The notes under the pieces were generated by a model. It was not told where the DNA came from, ran no database searches, and was given only the letters and a program-made list of their open reading frames with translations. Positions 20,918 to 28,809 of a stretch of DNA of 64,000 bases are shown piece after piece. Numbering within the stretch: position 1 is the first letter of the stretch; every line of letters begins with the position of its first letter. The stretch is from an uncultured Candidatus Rokubacteria bacterium (lineage in GTDB: Bacteria > Methylomirabilota > Methylomirabilia > Rokubacteriales > DASRDR01): assembly GCA_963805625.1 (NCBI GenBank), contig CAWDVE010000014.1, positions 96,001 through 160,000 of the forward strand, read 5' to 3'. Made by a program: the position numbers and the translations under genes.

Positions 20918-21262
20918 GGCAATGACCTCCCTGCGGACAGAGGTTGGGTGGTTCACGCGGTCCCGGTGGGAGCACGAAACGGTCCCTCCCGGGCCCGGCA
21001 GTCTAGCTGACCCGGAGCGCGTCGGGCCAGGGGCCCCGCCGCGCCACGTGCATCGGGAGGTCACACCCTCTCCCCGTCTTCGGCCAGCACGATCTCGAAC
21101 CTCGACCAGGTCCCGCAACATGTATGTCAGCTTTGCGCCAGACGCCCGATGTCGCCCTGTGCGCCGTGCCAAGCACAATCTCGTATGCGCCCGCCGGCCG
21201 TTGCTGTCAAGTCGTGCCCGGATACGTGCCCGGACACGAACAGAGCCGCGCGCGCCGGAACC

Positions 21263-21540
21263 GAATCAGATCGCGGAGGGGGTTGACGCTGCTCGAACGG
21301 GCGCTGTCGTCGCGCCGGTTCGGCCCGTAGACGCTCGAGGCGGCGATCGCGGCGGTGCACGCCGAGGCCCCCTCCTTGCCGTGACGGACTGTACCACCTG
21401 CGCACTCGGCGCGGGCGGCCCTGTGCGGACGGCTGGGGCGGACAGCGGAAGCCCGAGTCGCCTACCAACGGGCCCACGGCCACACGCGACAGGAGCCGGA
21501 GCGGCGATTTGTCGAGGGACGCCTGCGCAAGCTGCGGGGC
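21263..21540 (+). pseudogene. ECF sigma factor (DUF6596/TPR) C-terminal remnant
   Basis: QIAEG-LTLLERALSSRRFGP*TLEAAIAAVHAEA...HSARA.LCGRLGRTAEARVAYQRA..QEPERRFVEGRL, with a stop and frameshifts. Confidence 0.75.
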
Positions 21541-21588
21541 GGAGACACCGAGCGGGCGGACACGGTCACGCACGGCTCGAGCCCACCG

Positions 21589-22029
21589 TCACGGCGAGGG
21601 CGGCGCGGTCCCTCCGGGCATGCGGACGCGGGTCCACATGTTGGCGACGAAGACGATGGCCGACGCAAGCTGACCGAGTCCGCCGAGGGCTGCCAGGGAG
21701 GAGCCGCGGGTACCCGCGGCGGCCGCCGCGAGCTCGCCCAGGACGCGCACGAGGGTCGAGCCCGTCAACAGCCAGTAAACGAGCCAGGCGAGCCCGGGCC
21801 GGTACCGCCCGCCGTCCCGGGCCGGCCGGGGGAACATCCACGTCGCCACCCCGAACACCAGCATGAGCATGAAGCCCACGAGCACGAGATGCACGTGGGC
21901 GGTGATGACCGGCCACGCCACTGCCCGGCCCAGGAGGTTCACCTCGACCGTGATGTAACCGCCCAGGATCAGCCCGAGAAGCAAAAAGGCGAAGCTCGTC
22001 TTGATGTACAGGCGGACCAACGGCGTCAT
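21589..22029 (-). CDS. Four-TM membrane protein related to one heme-copper-oxidase repeat unit
   Basis: Four hydrophobic helices; TAHVHLVLVGFM..VATWMFPR HxH motif. Confidence 0.75.
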   Translation of the reverse strand: MTPLVRLYIKTSFAFLLLGLILGGYITVEVNLLGRAVAWPVITAHVHLVLVGFMLMLVFGVATWMFPRPARDGGRYRPGLAWLVYWLLTGSTLVRVLGELAAAAAGTRGSSLAALGGLGQLASAIVFVANMWTRVRMPGGTAPPSP

Positions 22030-22157
22030 GGCGTCCTCACGGTCCCGGGTGGCCGACGCGAAGCGATGGAAGCACAGGCGTCACGTGGGTGCTGGAGCCG
22101 ACGAGCGCCAGCGTAGCATGGCAACCCGTGTCGAGCGGATGCCGCCTACCGCCGCGC

Positions 22158-23576
22158 TCAGCGGCTCCCGATGCGCGCCGGCGTCCAGGGCGGGTCGAAG
22201 GTCAGCCTCACGTCAACCTCCTCCACGCCAGCCATCCCGAGCACTGCGCGGCGCACCCAGTCGGCCATGACGCCGTGCAGAGGGCAACCCGGAGCCGTGA
22301 GGGTCATGGTGACGCGGACGATGCCGCCCTCGACGGCCACCCCGTAGATCAGGCCCAGATCGACTACCGAGAGTCCCAGCTCCGGATCGACGACCGCGCG
22401 GAGCGTCTCCGTCACCCGCTCCGGCGTGACGGCGGGCGCGGCGTCCGAGCCGCCGACGATCTCGCGTCCGCGCGATGCCCCCCTCTGCCCGCCGGCCGGC
22501 TCGTACGCGCAGCCAGGGTCCTCAGCCAGCGGGTCGCCGGTGACCGCATACGCCCGGGCGCGGCTTCCGCCGCAGCGATCGCGGTACTCGCAGCGGCCGC
22601 ACCGGCCGCCGAGCTGCGTCGGATCGCGAAGCGCCCGAAAGAGCGGATCCTCCCGGTAGACCACGACGAGGTCGCGCTCCCGCGCGTTCGCCACCGGGAT
22701 CGGTAGGAACCCGCTCGGACAGATCTCGCCCCGGTGATCGATGAAGACGAACCCGTTCCCGTCAGTCACGGCCCGGGCCGCGCGGCCGATGGCGTCGGGA
22801 CGCATCACGGCCCGGGCGCCGGCGGAGCCGCCGTCCGCCGGGGAGTCCAGTCGCGCGGCCCGCCGGCGCATGGCCGCGACCCGGAGGTACTGGGGCGCCT
22901 CGGTGGTCTTCAGCCCGAAGGGGGCGTGCTCGGCGAGCGCCGCCGCCCAGTGCAGCACACCCTCGATCTCGCCGGCCGAGAGCGCCTGGTGCACCTGGGC
23001 GCGCCCGACCGGGATGAGGAAGAAGAGAGCCCAGAGCGCCGGCTGGATGGCTTCGATCTGCGGGACGAGAGCCGGCAAGTCGTCCACGGTCTGCCGGCAC
23101 ACCGTCGTGTTGACCTGGAGCGGGAGGCCGAGGGCACGTGCCCGCTCGAGAATCCGCAGCGTGTGGCGGTGGGAGCCGTGCACGCCCCGGAATGCGTCGT
23201 GGGTCGCTGCCGTGGCCCCGTCCAGACTCACCGCCAGTCGGCCCAGGCCCGCGTCGCTGAGCGCCCGCAGCTTCTCCTCCGTCACCAGCGCCGTCCCGCT
23301 CGGGGTCAGCGAGACCGTCACCCCGCGCCGCCGCGCGTGGGCGACCAGGTCCACGATGTCCGGCCGCCGCAGGGGATCGCCCCCGGTGAGCACCAGGACC
23401 GGCGGCGGGTCGCTGAACGCCGCCACGCGGTCGATGAGCCGGCAGCCCTCCTCCGTCGTGAGCTCCGCGGGATCCCGCCGCGGGATCGCCTCGGCCCGGC
23501 AATGGACGCACGCCAGCGCACACGCCCGGGTCGTCTCCCAGATGACGATGAAGGGCGCACGGTCGAACGTGGTCAT
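22158..23576 (-). CDS. Radical SAM/SPASM protein (TIGR04053, AhbD/NirJ-like) fused to a C-terminal DUF59 domain
   Basis: WETTRACALACVHC; SPASM CPSGFLP..CGRCEYRDRCGGSRARA..DPGC; DUF59 VVDPELGLSVVDLGLIY..TLTAPGCP..FDPPWTP. Confidence 0.88.
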   Translation of the reverse strand: MTTFDRAPFIVIWETTRACALACVHCRAEAIPRRDPAELTTEEGCRLIDRVAAFSDPPPVLVLTGGDPLRRPDIVDLVAHARRRGVTVSLTPSGTALVTEEKLRALSDAGLGRLAVSLDGATAATHDAFRGVHGSHRHTLRILERARALGLPLQVNTTVCRQTVDDLPALVPQIEAIQPALWALFFLIPVGRAQVHQALSAGEIEGVLHWAAALAEHAPFGLKTTEAPQYLRVAAMRRRAARLDSPADGGSAGARAVMRPDAIGRAARAVTDGNGFVFIDHRGEICPSGFLPIPVANARERDLVVVYREDPLFRALRDPTQLGGRCGRCEYRDRCGGSRARAYAVTGDPLAEDPGCAYEPAGGQRGASRGREIVGGSDAAPAVTPERVTETLRAVVDPELGLSVVDLGLIYGVAVEGGIVRVTMTLTAPGCPLHGVMADWVRRAVLGMAGVEEVDVRLTFDPPWTPARIGSR

Positions 23577-24880
23577 CGCGGCTCAGCCGGAAGCGGCGCC
23601 GGGACGGGACGGCCGCCCGGGCCGGGGAGCAGGGGGAGGAGGGTCCGCCCCAGCGCGGCCGCGAACGCCACGGCCCCGGCGGCGACGGCGGTGGCCGACG
23701 CCGTGATGGCCGGGCGCACCCCGGTGGCGACTGCGAGGGCGAGCGCGAGCGTGCCGCCCGTCAGAAGACCGTAGGCCAAGCGCTCGGCGGACGGCCAGGA
23801 CAGCTGGGCGAGCATCGGCACCGGCTCGCGGCCGGCGCGTGGCGCGTAGACGCGATACCAGACCAGGAACGGCACGATCTTGAGCATCATGCCCACGATC
23901 GTGAACGACACCCAGCCGCCGAGGGCGATGATGGCGTAGGCCATTGCCGCGCGCGGGCCGCCGTCGAGCGCGAGCATGAGACCCAGCGCGGCGCCCGGCG
24001 CGAGGCACGCGGTCCCCGTGAGCGCGAACCGGAGTCCGCTGTCGACAGCCGGGCGCTTCCGGCGCCGCGCAAAGTGGATCACCCACGTCGCGTGGACCGC
24101 CAGCGCCGCGGCCACAGTGGCGGCACCCGCGACCAGGAGCGTGACGCGCCCGAGAAGCAGGCCTGCCGCCAGCACCGGAACACCCAGTCCGAGTCCCCAG
24201 AGCTGGACCCGCGCCCCGCGGCCGTCGGGCTCCGGTGCAAGCAGGAACATGGGGTAGACCCGCGCCGCGACCCCCAGGATCATCGGCGCGATCCAGCCGA
24301 GGAGGGCCAGGTGAAAGTGGGCCTGCACGGCCGAGAGAACGCCACCCGGGAACACGTCGCGGCCGTGGGTGGCGGCCAGCGTGATGCCAAACCCGACCGT
24401 CAGCGTGAGCCCCGCGAGCCCGAGCGCGAGACTGCGGGCGGTGAACGTCCAGCGCGCCACCGCCCGAAGGGTCAGCGCGACGTTGACCACGTGAGCCAGG
24501 GCGCCCGCGCCCACCAGCGCGGCTGCCCACCCCATGCCCGCCCATCGCCCGGTCCAGAAATGGCTGACCATCCCGACGATACCCGCGACGAGCGCTGTCA
24601 GCTGCCAGCGCGCGAGGCGCTCGCTCCAGAGCGGCCGCTCGATCGCGACCGGGATCAGCTGGTAGCTCGCCCCCATGATCGCCAGCGTGATCCAGCCGAG
24701 GGCAACGACGTGCACGAGGGCGAGGAGCCGCGGGTGGTAGTAGTGCCCCGTCAGCTCGGCGCCGAGGGCGGGAAGGCTGAGCGCGGCCAGGACGAACGCC
24801 ATGGCGGCCGCCCCGAGGTAGGCGAGCGGCAGCGTCACGGACGGAGGGGACGCGGACCCTCGGGTCGGGAGGGGGATCAC
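23573..24880 (-). CDS. Polytopic membrane protein (heme-copper-oxidase-related accessory family)
   Basis: About 12 TM; LVHVVALGW..MGASYQLIP, AHFHLALLGW, GMMLKIVPFLVW. Confidence 0.75.
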   Translation of the reverse strand: MIPLPTRGSASPPSVTLPLAYLGAAAMAFVLAALSLPALGAELTGHYYHPRLLALVHVVALGWITLAIMGASYQLIPVAIERPLWSERLARWQLTALVAGIVGMVSHFWTGRWAGMGWAAALVGAGALAHVVNVALTLRAVARWTFTARSLALGLAGLTLTVGFGITLAATHGRDVFPGGVLSAVQAHFHLALLGWIAPMILGVAARVYPMFLLAPEPDGRGARVQLWGLGLGVPVLAAGLLLGRVTLLVAGAATVAAALAVHATWVIHFARRRKRPAVDSGLRFALTGTACLAPGAALGLMLALDGGPRAAMAYAIIALGGWVSFTIVGMMLKIVPFLVWYRVYAPRAGREPVPMLAQLSWPSAERLAYGLLTGGTLALALAVATGVRPAITASATAVAAGAVAFAAALGRTLLPLLPGPGGRPVPAPLPAEPR

Positions 24881-25416
24881 GCCCGCGAGTCCTCCCGCCA
24901 GATCGCGATGCGGACCAGCCCGGGTTCGGGTTCGTCCGTGGCGTGGCAGAAGCCGCGCTCGTCAAGCTGAGGGTAGAGGAACAGGGGGCGGCGGTCGTGA
25001 AGCACCTCGAGCCGACCCCCGGGCCCCAGCCGCTCGATGGCCTCCAGGGCCCGCACCATCGGCCAGGGTGGCTCCATACCGCGAACGTCGAGACGGATCA
25101 CGCCCTGGTCTCCGCGGACCGGCGGTACGATGGCCGCCGGCGTCGCCTTCGGTGCCGAGGTTGCAGCAGGCGCCTGACGGTAGAACCAGATCCACCAGTC
25201 ACCCGGCGCCCGGCGCTCGGCGCGGTGGGCAAAGCCTCGAGCCCCCAGCACCTTGTAGAGCGGCAGCGGCTCGAATGGAACGTGCAGGACCAGCGCCTCG
25301 TCCGGACCGAGCTCGCCGACGGCCGCGACGATCCTCTGGAGCGGCTCCGCGCCCTGTTCGATGTCCCCTCGGACGTCGAGGTGCCGCTCCGCGGCGAAGC
25401 CCACCGGTGAGCTCAC
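24877..25416 (-). CDS. Tandem DUF2249 domain protein
   Basis: LDVRGDIEQGAEPL..PFEPLPLY..LGARGF and LDVRGMEPPWPM..HDRRPLFLYPQLDERGF. Confidence 0.85.
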   Translation of the reverse strand: MSSPVGFAAERHLDVRGDIEQGAEPLQRIVAAVGELGPDEALVLHVPFEPLPLYKVLGARGFAHRAERRAPGDWWIWFYRQAPAATSAPKATPAAIVPPVRGDQGVIRLDVRGMEPPWPMVRALEAIERLGPGGRLEVLHDRRPLFLYPQLDERGFCHATDEPEPGLVRIAIWREDSRA

Positions 25417-25685
25417 GTCCCGTCTCTCCAGTCAGCATCGAGCGCCTCCAGCACTGTCTCGACGGCGACCCCCGCCGACGCTGCCGCTTGCGAGAGCGTC
25501 AGGCGCCCGCCGCAGCAGGTGTCGATGCCGAACCCCCGCAGGATCTCGGCTGCGCGCGGCGACCGCCGCGCCGCGTCCTTGACGGTCTCCGCGGAACCAT
25601 TGGGGCGACGGCCTTCCGTGCACACCGTGGCGCCCGGGTCGACTGTCACGCCGTGCTTGCATCCACATCCAGATGTCTCGCCCAT
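25413..25685 (-). CDS. DUF542 (ScdA/RIC N-terminal-like) protein
   Basis: AEILRGFGIDTCCGGRLTLSQAA; GAGGAG RBS. Confidence 0.82.
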   Translation of the reverse strand: MGETSGCGCKHGVTVDPGATVCTEGRRPNGSAETVKDAARRSPRAAEILRGFGIDTCCGGRLTLSQAAASAGVAVETVLEALDADWRDGT

Positions 25686-25711
25686 GGGCCTCGTCCTCCT
25701 CGCTGCCGAGC

Positions 25712-27019
25712 CTACGTCGCCCGCGGTCCGCCCCCTATGACCCTGGTCATAGGCCAGCCTCGCCGACGGATGACGGTACCGACGAAGCCCGCTCCCAGAC
25801 AGGCCAGTGCCACCCACACGAGGGCCCCCGAGAACGGCAGGAGCCAGAGGATGGCCTCAACCCCGTAGTCCGCCAGGGCCTCCGAGGTCCGGAGGAGGAC
25901 GGCCGCGAGCAGCGCCCCGAATGCCACCTCGCGCAGTCTCGGCCACGGGAGGGCCACACCCTCGACCACCGGGATCAGCCGGAACCCCATCCCCACGACC
26001 ATCGACGTGAGCAGGCCCACCGTCACGAGGTGACGGAGGGCGTCGGCAAGGAGGCTCAGCGGGACCGCCGCCCAGGCGAGAACCGCGGCGCCTGCCGATC
26101 CCACCGCGGCAACGGCCGCCGCGAGCATCGCCATCCGGAAGAGCCGCGTCTCGGGCCCGCCCCGGGCCAGGAGCGGCAGGGCGCCGCCCGGGGCCCGCCG
26201 GAAGGCGCCGCCGCTCAGGGCAACCGTAGCGACCATCCCCAGGGCGAGGGCCTCCCCCGACCGCTCGAGCGCCGCCCGCGTCACGTCGGACCACGGTCCG
26301 GCGACGCCCACTCCCGCGAGGACGACACCCAGCCCGAGCGCCGCCGGAACCACCCGGGCCATCGTGTCGGGCACTCTCCATCGTGAGACCAGCATCGGCC
26401 CGGCCCTCAGCACGACGCCGACGATCCATCCCACGACACCCCCGTAGATCGCCATCGCGTGCGCGGCCCGCATCCCCCCGACGTCCGGGCCGCCATCCAC
26501 GGTCGCCCAAGCGCGGAGGCCCGCCTCGAGGACGAGGGCCGCGACGAGCCAGGCCGTGGCCGGGGTCAGATGCTTTCGCGTGAGCCGGAGATGCGGCGCG
26601 TCGAGTGCTCGCGCCACCCAGGCGCCGAAGAGCCCAAAGGCGAGCGCCTGGAGTAGCGCGGCCACCACCACCGGCGCGGCCGACCCGGCGGCCGCGCCGG
26701 CGACGCGAAGCCCAAGCGCGGCGCCGAGCGCGACCACGAGCCATCGTGTCCAAGGCGTCACGGCCACCGGTCGTCCGGCGAACCTCGGGACGAGGTGATG
26801 GGCGACGCCGACGATCAGCGTTCCGAAGAAGCCGAAGATCTGCAGATGGGCGTGGAGCCACACGGACTCGACCGGGACGGGGCCCCCGCCCCAGTAGAGC
26901 CGCGTCAACATCCAGGTCCCGAGGGGCGTGCCGACCAGGAGCGTCGTCGCCAGCGCGATCAGGGCGAACGGCCGATAGACGGGCGGCTCACGGACAGACG
27001 GGGCCGGGCCGGACAACAT
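25712..27019 (-). CDS. nnrS: NnrS-family membrane protein
   Basis: YRPF start, WLHAHLQIFGFFGTLIVG, DALRHLVTVG; about 12 TM. Confidence 0.7.
   Translation of the reverse strand: MLSGPAPSVREPPVYRPFALIALATTLLVGTPLGTWMLTRLYWGGGPVPVESVWLHAHLQIFGFFGTLIVGVAHHLVPRFAGRPVAVTPWTRWLVVALGAALGLRVAGAAAGSAAPVVVAALLQALAFGLFGAWVARALDAPHLRLTRKHLTPATAWLVAALVLEAGLRAWATVDGGPDVGGMRAAHAMAIYGGVVGWIVGVVLRAGPMLVSRWRVPDTMARVVPAALGLGVVLAGVGVAGPWSDVTRAALERSGEALALGMVATVALSGGAFRRAPGGALPLLARGGPETRLFRMAMLAAAVAAVGSAGAAVLAWAAVPLSLLADALRHLVTVGLLTSMVVGMGFRLIPVVEGVALPWPRLREVAFGALLAAVLLRTSEALADYGVEAILWLLPFSGALVWVALACLGAGFVGTVIRRRGWPMTRVIGGGPRAT
25734..25753. promoter_or_regulatory. Crp/Fnr-type operator (internal promoter for the DUF542 sub-operon)
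   Basis: CCTATGAC-CCTG-GTCATAGG; centre at -41.5 relative to minus-strand -10 TAGGCT (25714-25709). Confidence 0.75.
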
Positions 27020-27058
27020 CGATGCCAGGACGAGCCCTCAGCGCACGGGCGTGATGGC

Positions 27059-27523
27059 TTACGGGACCTCGTCGAGCCGGTACATGGCATGGCATGCCAC
27101 GCAGTTCCCGGTGACCAGGGCCAGTCCCCGGATCGCGTCGTCCCGAGTCCCGCCGTTCTTGATCCTGTCGGCCAGGTCGTCGAACGCCCGGTGTGCCTGC
27201 AGCCCCAGCTGCCGAAAGGGCGGCAGGAGGCGCCGCATGACCTCGGGGTCCATCTCGACGGCCATTGCCGTGCCGGAGGCCCGAGCGGCCTTCTCCGCCG
27301 CGACCAGGTCGTTCGCGACCACGGCGTGGAGAACGGCGTTGACGGACTCGAGCATGTGCCGCATCTCGGCGAGAACCTTGTCGCGAGCCGGCGGCGGCAG
27401 CCCGAGTCGCTGTCGCGCGTCTCCCGGTGGCTGGCCACTGCCGGTGCCAGCCACGCCCAGCATGATGCCCAGCATCGCGAGACTCGCCGTGACCCTTCGT
27501 ACAGGGAATGCGCCACGTCGCAT
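27059..27523 (-). CDS. Periplasmic monoheme cytochrome c (class II-like)
   Basis: Signal peptide; C-terminal CVACH; helical-bundle composition. Confidence 0.85.
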   Translation of the reverse strand: MRRGAFPVRRVTASLAMLGIMLGVAGTGSGQPPGDARQRLGLPPPARDKVLAEMRHMLESVNAVLHAVVANDLVAAEKAARASGTAMAVEMDPEVMRRLLPPFRQLGLQAHRAFDDLADRIKNGGTRDDAIRGLALVTGNCVACHAMYRLDEVP

Positions 27524-27550
27524 CCGATCCTCCTTGGCGCGGCGCTGTGT

Positions 27551-28141
27551 CTACGCGCCGGTCTTGCCGACAACCTGGAACGGGTACATCCGCGGAATCA
27601 CGAGCGCGAGCGCCGCCGCCGCGACGATTCCCAGGGCCGTGCCTACCAGGAAAAGCGACCAGGTGTTCGGTCGGATGGCCCCGAGGGCCACGATGACGAA
27701 GAGAATCGGCAGATCAAGGAAGTGGGTGAACGTTGGCACGTGCTCCTGTCGGGCTCTCTCGAGCTCGGGGGTGGAGGTTCCCTGCTCCAGGGCAGCGATG
27801 GTCAATCGTCGGAGTCGCATGAAGTAGAGCCGCGTGATCGTGTTCCCTTCGATGAACTCGAACGCGAAGAGAGCCACCATGCCCGCGAGCCACGGCATTC
27901 CCAAGAACGCCCAACCGCCGTAGACCGTCACCGTTAGCCAGGTGCCGGAGCCCAGCAGAAGGAGGGCACCCGGAACCACGAGACCATCATAGAACACCGC
28001 GACCTGGCGGATGCTCTCGGCGAAGAGCTCGAGGTGGTGGACTTGCCGTGACCGCAGATCGGCGTACCAGACGCCAATCAACCCGGCGCCCATGAGCGTC
28101 AAGCCGAGAAGATGGACGAATCTCAGGATGGGGTAGGTGAT
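27551..28141 (-). CDS. DUF2269-family membrane protein (start uncertain)
   Basis: YPILRFVHLLG..DGLVVPGALLLLGSG..FTHFLD..LGAIRP; GGAGG lies 6 nt before ATC at 28141. Confidence 0.7.
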   Translation of the reverse strand: MTYPILRFVHLLGLTLMGAGLIGVWYADLRSRQVHHLELFAESIRQVAVFYDGLVVPGALLLLGSGTWLTVTVYGGWAFLGMPWLAGMVALFAFEFIEGNTITRLYFMRLRRLTIAALEQGTSTPELERARQEHVPTFTHFLDLPILFVIVALGAIRPNTWSLFLVGTALGIVAAAALALVIPRMYPFQVVGKTGA

Positions 28142-28188
28142 CGAGTGCCTCCAGCGTCGGCCGGATGACCGTCCGCCTGTCCCTGCGC

Positions 28189-28809
28189 TCAGTGGTCCCC
28201 TGTCGCACGCAATTGCCCGCCCCAACGAAGGGTCAGCTCCTGCTGGTTCGAGAGCTCCAGCAGAAGGACCTGTCCCGACTCGACCTCCACCGTCGCCGCG
28301 ATACGCCGCTCGGACGACGATGTCGCGGCACCCTTCGCGGGTGCCCCGCCCGCCTCGACGAGCGCCCCTTCAAGGACGTGACGGCCTAGCGGCACCGAGA
28401 GCTCCTCGTACACGAACGTAGGGCCGTCGTGCCGGAGCCCGCTCGGCCGGTAGGTCCTCTCGAGGATGGGCCGGCCGTCCAACGTAACGCGAAGGGTCGT
28501 ATCACGGCGGGTCCCAGTCGCGCCGCTCTGGCCGCCCTGGGGTCGCATGTGCCGCGGGAGCTTCTCCAGCTCCTCCCGCGAGAGCGCGGCACCCGTCTCC
28601 GCGAACGTGGAGACGTGTTTGAAGGCGACCTTGAGCATCGCGACGCCGGGCGGTGTGGCGGCCCACGGGAACGACGAGAAGACGGCGAGGCCCGCAGCAA
28701 CAGCCAGGAAGAGCAGGACGAACCCGGCGAGCCGCCCCGGCCTTGGCCGGCGGTCTTCGAGCACTGGCGGCACCGCCTCTGACGATAGGGGTGCATCCTG
28801 CGCCGTCAC
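28189..28809 (-). CDS. Membrane-anchored hypothetical partner of the cytochrome b fusion
   Basis: GTG overlaps the upstream stop; one TM, then EELEKLPRHMR..LDGRPILERTYRPSGLRHDGP. Confidence 0.75.
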   Translation of the reverse strand: MTAQDAPLSSEAVPPVLEDRRPRPGRLAGFVLLFLAVAAGLAVFSSFPWAATPPGVAMLKVAFKHVSTFAETGAALSREELEKLPRHMRPQGGQSGATGTRRDTTLRVTLDGRPILERTYRPSGLRHDGPTFVYEELSVPLGRHVLEGALVEAGGAPAKGAATSSSERRIAATVEVESGQVLLLELSNQQELTLRWGGQLRATGDH

